Below are positions 56,629-64,000 of a stretch of 64,000 nucleotides of DNA, one piece after another. Below the pieces are notes generated by a model. It searched no databases. It was given only the letters and a program-made list of their open reading frames with translations, and was not told the DNA's origin. Numbering within the stretch: the first letter of the stretch is position 1; every line of letters starts with the position of its first letter. Position numbers and translations under genes: made by a program. Origin of the DNA: Octopus vulgaris (taxonomy: Eukaryota); the NCBI GenBank assembly GCA_951406725.2, contig OX597829.1, positions 44,082,001-44,146,000 of the forward strand, written 5' to 3'.

Positions 56629-57476
56629 TCTCTCATGTACCCCTGCGAATGTGCGCAGAACAACTTGGCCTAGGGTGGCATTTGCGAGTTGCTAGTGGCT
56701 TGAAATTCAAGAAGAGCGCGTATTTCCGATAATGAAAAAAGGATAGGCTGGTTTTCTAACTGATGGATTCTGGTGCTTAACGGAAGCAGAATTGGCTATT
56801 ACATAAACTCATGTGAGTAAAGATGACACATAAAACGATGTTCTATGTGATGTTGTAGAAATCTTTTCCATGGTTCCCGAGTCACGAAATGAAACGAGAC
56901 AGAGAAACAGAGCTTACCCAATCCCTAAACTTGAAAGAGCACATGTAATGCATAAATTTCCCTTCAAGTCATTAGCTGTCGTACTTGTGTTGTGCATGTT
57001 GATGCTATCAGATGGTGAGAATGGTTTCATAGACAACACGACAGAAAAGCAGGAAGCTCATAGTAGATAGTTCGTAGAATTTCAGTTTTTACAAGCTGAG
57101 GAATAGGATGAAGACTGTGGGTGGGTGTGTGCTTGCTTATTCTGTAGCATACAATTCTGGAAGTGATATCATCTAGGCAAGAACGACTAATTTTGATATT
57201 ATGAGATTAATCTCACTAACACAATTACCATAACGTACAAGACTGCTAACATCTCCCGCCATAAATAAGTTAGGTCTTGTGACAATGACTCAAAATCTTG
57301 TGAACCGCCTCTCCAAATCCCATCGAACTATAAACTAGCAGTGAACTATTTCTGTTTTAGATCTCGAGAGACAACTGCAGTATTCAGATGTTTAGTAAAC
57401 TGACAGCCAATATAGACTTCGGCAGGACAAATAGAGTATTAAGGCGTTCATTGGATCGACACACCCGTCAACGATA

Positions 57477-57708
57477 TAAGCGGCGAGCTGGCAGAAACGT
57501 TAGCACGCCGGGCGAAATGCATAGCCGTATTTCGTCTGTCGTTACGTTCCGGGTTCAAATTCCGCTGAGGTCGACTTTGCCTTTCATCCTTTCGGGGTCG
57601 ATAAATTAAGTACCAGTTACGCACTGGGGTCGATGTAATCGACTTAATCCCTTTGTCTGTCCTTGTTTGTCCCCTCTGTGTTTAGCCCCTTGTGGGTAGT
57701 AAAGAAAT
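57477..57708 (+). mobile_element. SINE family 2, full length
   Basis: Canonical copy; GATATAAG repeated on both sides. Confidence 0.92.
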
Positions 57709-57920
57709 ATAGATATAAGCATTTGTGCTTTTATACAGCACAAGTCTAAACGAAATGTCCTCCGACGTTAAATAACGCAGTATTTTGTGGTCTAACACAT
57801 GAAGGTGAATATCACTTTTTGGTATAAATATTGTTTCTGTCGCTAGTAATTATTTTAAGTAAAAGCCCACAGGCTCCATGCGACACCAATGCCTGAATAA
57901 ACATTAGGATTCCATATGTC

Positions 57921-58207
57921 TTCGATTCCCGGACCGGGCTGCGTGTTGTGTTCTTGAGCAAGACACTTTATTTCACATTGCTCCAGTTCACTCAGCTGTA
58001 GAAATGACCTACGACGTCACTGGTGCTAAGCTGTAATTCGGCCTTTGCTTTTCCCTTGGATAAAAATGGTGGTGTGGAGAGGGGAGGCTGGTATGCATGG
58101 GTGACTGCTGGTCTTCCATAAACAACCTTGCCCGGACTTGTGCCTCGACGGGTAACTTTCTAGGTGCAATTTCAATGTCATTCGTGATCGAAGGGGGTCT
58201 TTACCCT
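57921..58207 (+). mobile_element. tRNA-SINE, head H4 (5'-truncated) + tail T4
   Basis: TTCGATTCCCGGACC..GTGTTCTTGAGCAAGACACTTTATTTCAC. Related partial copy at ~55360-55530. Confidence 0.8.
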
Positions 58208-59135
58208 ATACCCATTCTATATATCGTTGACGAGGGGAGGGGGAATCGGCTGCTATGTCTAGCTAGACGTCTGCCATTGACAAGCCCAAGAAAGGCTGCA
58301 ATCACGTGACCTTGGCAGTTCCTGAGGCTGTAGCTGAGGGTTACCACGTATGAACGATAAAAACACAAGTGTTTCTATGCATCACGAGTCCACTTAGAGG
58401 TCCTCTCATGGCAGATAAAATTATTTGTCTATTCAGATTCTGAGCATCGTATCTCTTTCCTCAGCATCAAAATACTCATTCTCTTCAGTTTTTCTTTTTT
58501 TTTCTACTGAGTACATTCACTATCCAAATAATGCGTCTATCTACTCAATGTAAAAAGTACATACAAACAAAGGATCTCTTTCGCAAAGTACCATATTTCC
58601 AGTTTAATCGACAGCTTGAATATCTCACAGTAATATTAATACAACTACACGCGTACAAACTGAAAACCGAAACTAATCAAGAACTACGACTTACGCTAGT
58701 TTAAGACGGTTTGAAGTGAGTATAGACGGAAAAGCCGTAATCACTTTCGAGCAAGTCTTAAGCCACAGACGACTATTCTAGCCTAATAGGGATTTTGCAT
58801 GTGCCGAATTTTTATTCAGCTAGGAGGCTAATTGCAACAACAGTGATTGTTCAATCGTTTGTCTTAGTAAATAAGTAGCGGCGGATTTTCACCAGGCAGT
58901 CTGTACATGCGACTGACAAAACCCAACGAGGCGGAAATATTTTCAATGCGTATATATAATTTTGTGTTTTTTGAGCACGGTGCGTTTGTAAGGGGTATAA
59001 TCCGCGATCAGATACAGCAGATTATTTGTCTTTTTTTGCAATGTATCCGCAATAATTATATATGTAAGGTTATTGTAATCTAATACTGCTCCTGCTGCTT
59101 ATAACAAACACGTGTGGGTGCATGTGTGTGTGTGC

Positions 59136-59197
<62 letters not shown>

Positions 59198-59266
59198 GTG
59201 TGTATAAAAAAGGCCTGCGCGCAGTTTCCGTCTTCAGCTTCTCTTGCATCTCATATACAAGGTTTT

Positions 59267-59497
59267 AGGCGGCGAGCTGGCAGAAACGTTAGCATGCCGG
59301 ACGAAATGCGTTGCCGTATTTCGTCGGCCGTCACGTTCCGAGTTCAAATTCCGCCGAGGTCGACTTTGCCTTTCATCCTTCCGGGGTCGATAAATTAAGT
59401 ACCAGTTTCGCACTGGGGTCGATGTAATCGACTTAATCCCTTTATCTGTCCTTGTTTGTCTCCTCTCTGTTTAGCCCCTTGTGGGTTGTAAAGAAAT
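59267..59497 (+). mobile_element. SINE family 2 with TSD
   Basis: ATATACAAGGTTTTAG duplicated on both sides. Confidence 0.92.
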
Positions 59498-60782
59498 ATA
59501 TACAAGGTTTTAGTCAACCTGAGACTACAATAGGGAGCACTTGAGCAAAATTCGGTACTATGAGATCGAAACCGTATCCATGCATTTTCAAAGGAAACTT
59601 CTTAATTTCGGCTCTAATTCCGCGTCTTCTTTATTCTAGTGGATTAGCTGTTTTTGATAGTTCTGCTGTTAATGTTTTCCTCCAGGTTGTCCTTGATGTA
59701 ATACACCTATGATCAAAATATCTTGAGCAGCATGTTTGAATTTTTCAGTATGTTCTTCCATTTTTAAAGACGGATTTGATTTGAGAAAGATTTGGCTGCT
59801 ATTCCTAACAGAACGAGTAACTGTGTTGCTCTGTCATTGCTCTGACGTTGCTCTGACGTTGGCTCGGTGTGCTACTGTGATGGCAAAGTGAAGGGCAATG
59901 GTTGGCTATAAGTCTTGTTGATAAAGATAGTTTGATAAGAGAATTAGAAAAGAAAATTATTGTAACTAGGATGGTGCCAGAAATTACGGAGAATAACGGA
60001 AACTAGCGAAAGTCTTGAAAGGTGGTGTCGGAAACTACTACGGCTGACGTTTACTGCAGCTGTCGGAAAAAGTTGTTAACGGGGTGGGAATAAAGGGAAA
60101 AATAAGATGATAGGAAGAAACAAAAAAAAAGAATGAAAGAACCCCCCAAAAAAAAGAAAAAAAAAAGGAAAAGGTAGAGTTGCAGCAGGGAAGGGTGTAA
60201 GAGGGAGAGGAGGAGGAGGAGGGGGAAATGAATCGGAAGAGAAGGAGGTTGGAGAGGAAGCTGGAGAGGAAGTGGAAGGGGAGAACATATCATATCTCAC
60301 AGAACTATAAGGCAGTTATTAACCATCGTTTTCACTGTCAAAAGTAGAAGGGTTTTGAAGATAAAGGTGCGATTGACATCGAAGATGTGCAGAGAATAGA
60401 AGAGAACGCGTGGACCGTGAGGATGTGGGTGGGGGTAGAGAGAGAGGGGAGAGGTGGGGAGAGGAGGAGAGAGGAGGAGGTAAGAGGAGGAGAGAGGAGG
60501 GAGACCGGGTGGAGAGACGGCAGACAAGTAACAGGAAGAGGATGTGGAGGGTGTGAGGAAGTTGAAGAAGGAGATGAAGAAAGAAGAAGAAGAAGAAGAA
60601 GAAAAAGAAGAAGAAGAAGAAAAAAGAACAAGAAGAAAATATATGTTATGACGAATAGAATTGGATGTGGTTAACGTGATAACTGAAGGGGGTGGGGAGC
60701 AGGGGTGAACATTGTGTAGCTGGTAATTTGTGGTGGGGGTGGAGGTGGGGGTGGGGTGGAGGTAATTATAGTAGCAGTAGCT

Positions 60783-60808
60783 AATGATGATGATGACGAC
60801 GATGATGA

Positions 60809-60844
<36 letters not shown>

Positions 60845-61276
60845 TGATGATGATGATGATGATGACGATGATGATGACGATGATGATGATGATGACGATG
60901 ACGATGACGACGACGACGACGATGACGATGACGATGATGATGATGACGATGATGATGATGACGATGATGATGACGATGACGATGATGACGATGTTGATGA
61001 TGATGATGATGATGTTGATGACGATGACGATGATGTTGATGATGATGACGATGACGATGATGATGATGATAATTATGATGACGACGATGACGATGATGAT
61101 GATGATGATGATGACGATGATGATGATGATGATGATGATGATTTTGATGATGATCTTGGTGTTAGTGATGGTGAAGGAAGTAGTGATATTGGTAGTGATG
61201 TCGGTGGTGATAGTGGTGCTTGTGATATTGATGGTGGTAGTGATGATGATGATGATGATGATGATGACGACGACGG

Positions 61277-61343
<67 letters not shown>

Positions 61344-61351
61344 GATGATGA
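60783..61351. repeat. (GAT/GAC)n microsatellite
   Basis: Directly visible; source of the poly-D ORF. Confidence 0.97.
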
Positions 61352-61684
61352 AATCTCTCCGAAATTTAGATGAAGGTCAGCGGGTACTTTATATGGAAAT
61401 CTGTTGTGCTCCGACAGAGACATTTCTGCAATTTCTTGATGAACGGCCGGCACAAATGACTTTCGCTGTACATTTGCTCATTCCGTCCATAAAAATCGAC
61501 GTTGCCTGCACGAGTACACCGTGTACAACATATCAGGAGTTGATGTGGTCGAGCAACGTGAAATGAAGTGCTTTGCACATGAAAGCAACGCACCCCCTCC
61601 CCCCCTGCTCCGGGAACCGAAACCAAGATCGCAAGAACGTGAATGCATCATCCTAACCAGCAGGGTCAAACATCCTCGGTTAAG

Positions 61685-62068
61685 TGGAGGCGCAATGGCC
61701 CAGACGTTAGGGCAGCGGACTCGCGGTCATAGGATCGCGGTTTCGATTCCCAGACCGGGCGTTGTGAGTGTTTATCGAGCGAAAACACCTAAAAAGCTCC
61801 ACGAGGCTCCGGCAGGGGATGGTGGTGATCCCTGCTGTACTCTTTCACCACAACTTTCTCTCACTCTTACTTCCTGTTTCTGTTGTACCTGTATTTCAAA
61901 GGGCCGGCCTTGTCACTCTCTGTGTCACTTGAATATCCCCGAGAACTACGTTAAGGGTACACGTGTCTGTGGAGTGCTCAGCCACTTACACGTTAATTTC
62001 ACGAGCAAGCTGTTCCGTTGATTCGGATCAACCGGAACTCTCGTCGTCGTAACCGACGGAGTGCTTCC
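61685..62068 (+). mobile_element. tRNA-SINE family 3 (H3 + T3) with a 13-bp TSD
   Basis: A-box TGGCCCAG, B-box GGTTTCGATTCCC. TSD ACATCCTCGGTTA at 61670-61682 and 62071-62083. Confidence 0.92.
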
Positions 62069-62371
62069 ACACATCCTCGGTTATTACATCGGTTTGTAGA
62101 GCTTGAACAATCTTGGTGCAATCGGCATATCGTATCTTTTTTTCCAATCATTTTACACAATGTTGTTGGAAAGGGAGAAATGTGAAGATGTCATGGTTTT
62201 TATTTGTATAACGTGTGTGAGCATTGTGAGAATTGTGAATAAGAAACACTGATTACACAAACCACTAGTCAAATACAGTTCTATATTTAAGAGATGAGGA
62301 ATTATGTACATTATTTACATTATTTACATTATTTACGTTTGGCGGATATTTGTCCTCATCTTGTTTGTTAT

Positions 62372-62422
62372 TGACACAACGTTTCGGCTGATATACCCTT
62401 CATCAGCCTTCATCAGGTGTCA
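62372..62422 (-). ncRNA. Minimal type I hammerhead ribozyme (intact core)
   Basis: Minus strand: TGACAC-CTGATGA-a-GGCTGAT(gaagggtat)ATCAGCC-GAAA-CG-TT-GTGTCA. Six-bp stem I, 7-bp stem II, palindromic ACGU stem III as in Penelope minimal hammerheads. Confidence 0.82.
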
Positions 62423-62621
62423 TGGGGAAATTTCGAATCTTAGGTCTCATTCTTAAGGTATTTTCTTAAGGTATTTTCCGATGTTATTATTATCACCGAG
62501 GTCAATTTTGCCTTTCATCCTTTCGGGGTCGATAAATTAAGTACCGGTTACGTACTGGAGTCAATCTAATCGACTGGTCCCCTCCCCCAAAATTTCGGGC
62601 CTTGTGCCTAGAGTAGAAAAG

Positions 62622-62698
<77 letters not shown>

Positions 62699-62700
62699 CA

Positions 62701-62761
<61 letters not shown>

Positions 62762-62971
62762 CATCATCATCATTATTATTATTATTGTTATTATTATTAT
62801 TCATGTCACTGCTTGGAATCGAACTCGGAATCTTGGAGTTAGTAGCCCGCGCTCTTAACCACTACGCCATATGCCAGTGAGGCTACTAACCCCAACATTC
62901 CGAGTTCGATTTCAGGCAGTGACCTGAATACTACTACTACTACTACTAATAATAATAATAATAATAATAAT

Positions 62972-63094
<123 letters not shown>

Positions 63095-63208
63095 AAGAAG
63101 AAGAAGAAGAAGAAGAAGAAGAAGAAGAAGAAGAATGATAATAACAAAAATAATTGTAACATCGAAAAATACCTTAGGAATGAGAACCCAGGTTCGAAAT
63201 TTCCCCAA

Positions 63209-63254
63209 GGCACCTGATGAAGACTGGAGGGTATATCAACCGAAACGTTGTGTT
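63209..63254 (+). ncRNA. Minimal type I hammerhead ribozyme (stem II mutated)
   Basis: GGCAC-CTGATGA-AGACTGGAGGGTATATCAACC-GAAACGTT-GTGTT. Confidence 0.72.
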
Positions 63255-63632
63255 AACAACAAACAAGATGAGGACAAATATCTGTCAAATGTAAATAATG
63301 AAAATAATGCACTAGTCAAATATTTACATTGTATTGTGTGCATACGACTCCATTGTATAAGTATGTTCACATGCATGTTCATGTGATCTGATGTGTGTGT
63401 GTACGTGTATGTGAGTGTCTGAGTGTGTGTGAGTGTGTGTTTGCTTTAAAATAGACAGACTACGATTTGTGGGCGATTTCTAGTGGCTCAATCTCCTGGT
63501 TTCGTCTGCCTAATCAAAGAGGATCCGCCATTAGATCATACTTTACTACTCAAGTGTAGCGGTCTGAATCAATGATACTTCTTGGAAGGCGGGGTACTTG
63601 GAGGGGAGCACTTAGTTTCCTTAATAGAACGG

Positions 63633-64000
63633 ATGACTCTCCCCAGACACAACAGAATATGCTTCAACACACGAACTCATATAAAGAATCTTGCAAACCA
63701 AATCCAAAAACGAAATATTTTAATAATTCTGTTGTGTCTGGGGAAATAAGTGGAAGTTTTTCTGGTGAGTGTGTTGCATTATAAGGCACAAAAAGAAAAT
63801 GACTCTCCCCAGACACAACAGAATATGCTTCAACACACGAATTCATATAAAGAATCTTGCAAACCAAATCCCAAAACGAAATATTTTAATAATTCTGTTG
63901 CGTCTGAGGAAATAAGTGGAATTTTTTCTGCTGAGTGTGTTGCATTATAAGGCACAAAAAGAAAATGACTCTCCCCAGACACAACAGAATATGCTTCAAC
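63633..64000. repeat. 166-bp tandem repeat with an internal inverted repeat (runs off the window)
   Basis: ATGACTCTCCCCAGACACAACAGAATATGCTTCAAC at 63633, 63799 and 63965. Confidence 0.93.

Noticed and set aside
62800-62875. Possible tRNA gene (also the SINE heads at 2424, 30812 and 61685)
   Set aside because: A and B boxes are present but there is no proper acceptor stem, and each head is fused to a repeated body. These are SINE heads.

Overview
AT-rich eukaryotic DNA made almost entirely of repeats. The microsatellite load and SINE content suggest a coleoid cephalopod such as Octopus, but this is an inference. No host protein-coding gene, rRNA or true tRNA gene can be supported, and nearly all long ORFs are translations of microsatellites. 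The window holds more than 30 tRNA-derived SINE copies built from a few exchangeable modules, degenerate L1/Tx1-clade LINE pieces, a CRE-like LINE fragment and a Helentron-type (HINE-like) element. It also has a 2.6-kb cluster of three GG-terminated MITEs with 8-bp TSDs (Merlin-like) and several satellites. The most notable signal is a non-coding element with a tRNA-like Pol III head, an (AAT)n spacer and a Penelope-type hammerhead ribozyme tail. It occurs twice (49719-50359, 62276-63309), each time as an inverted pair inside one 12-13 bp target-site duplication, which suggests a SINE mobilised by Penelope-like machinery. A second, unrelated hammerhead-bearing inverted-repeat element spans 33302-36911. 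Repeat boundaries were read by eye and are approximate unless a TSD or TIR is quoted.
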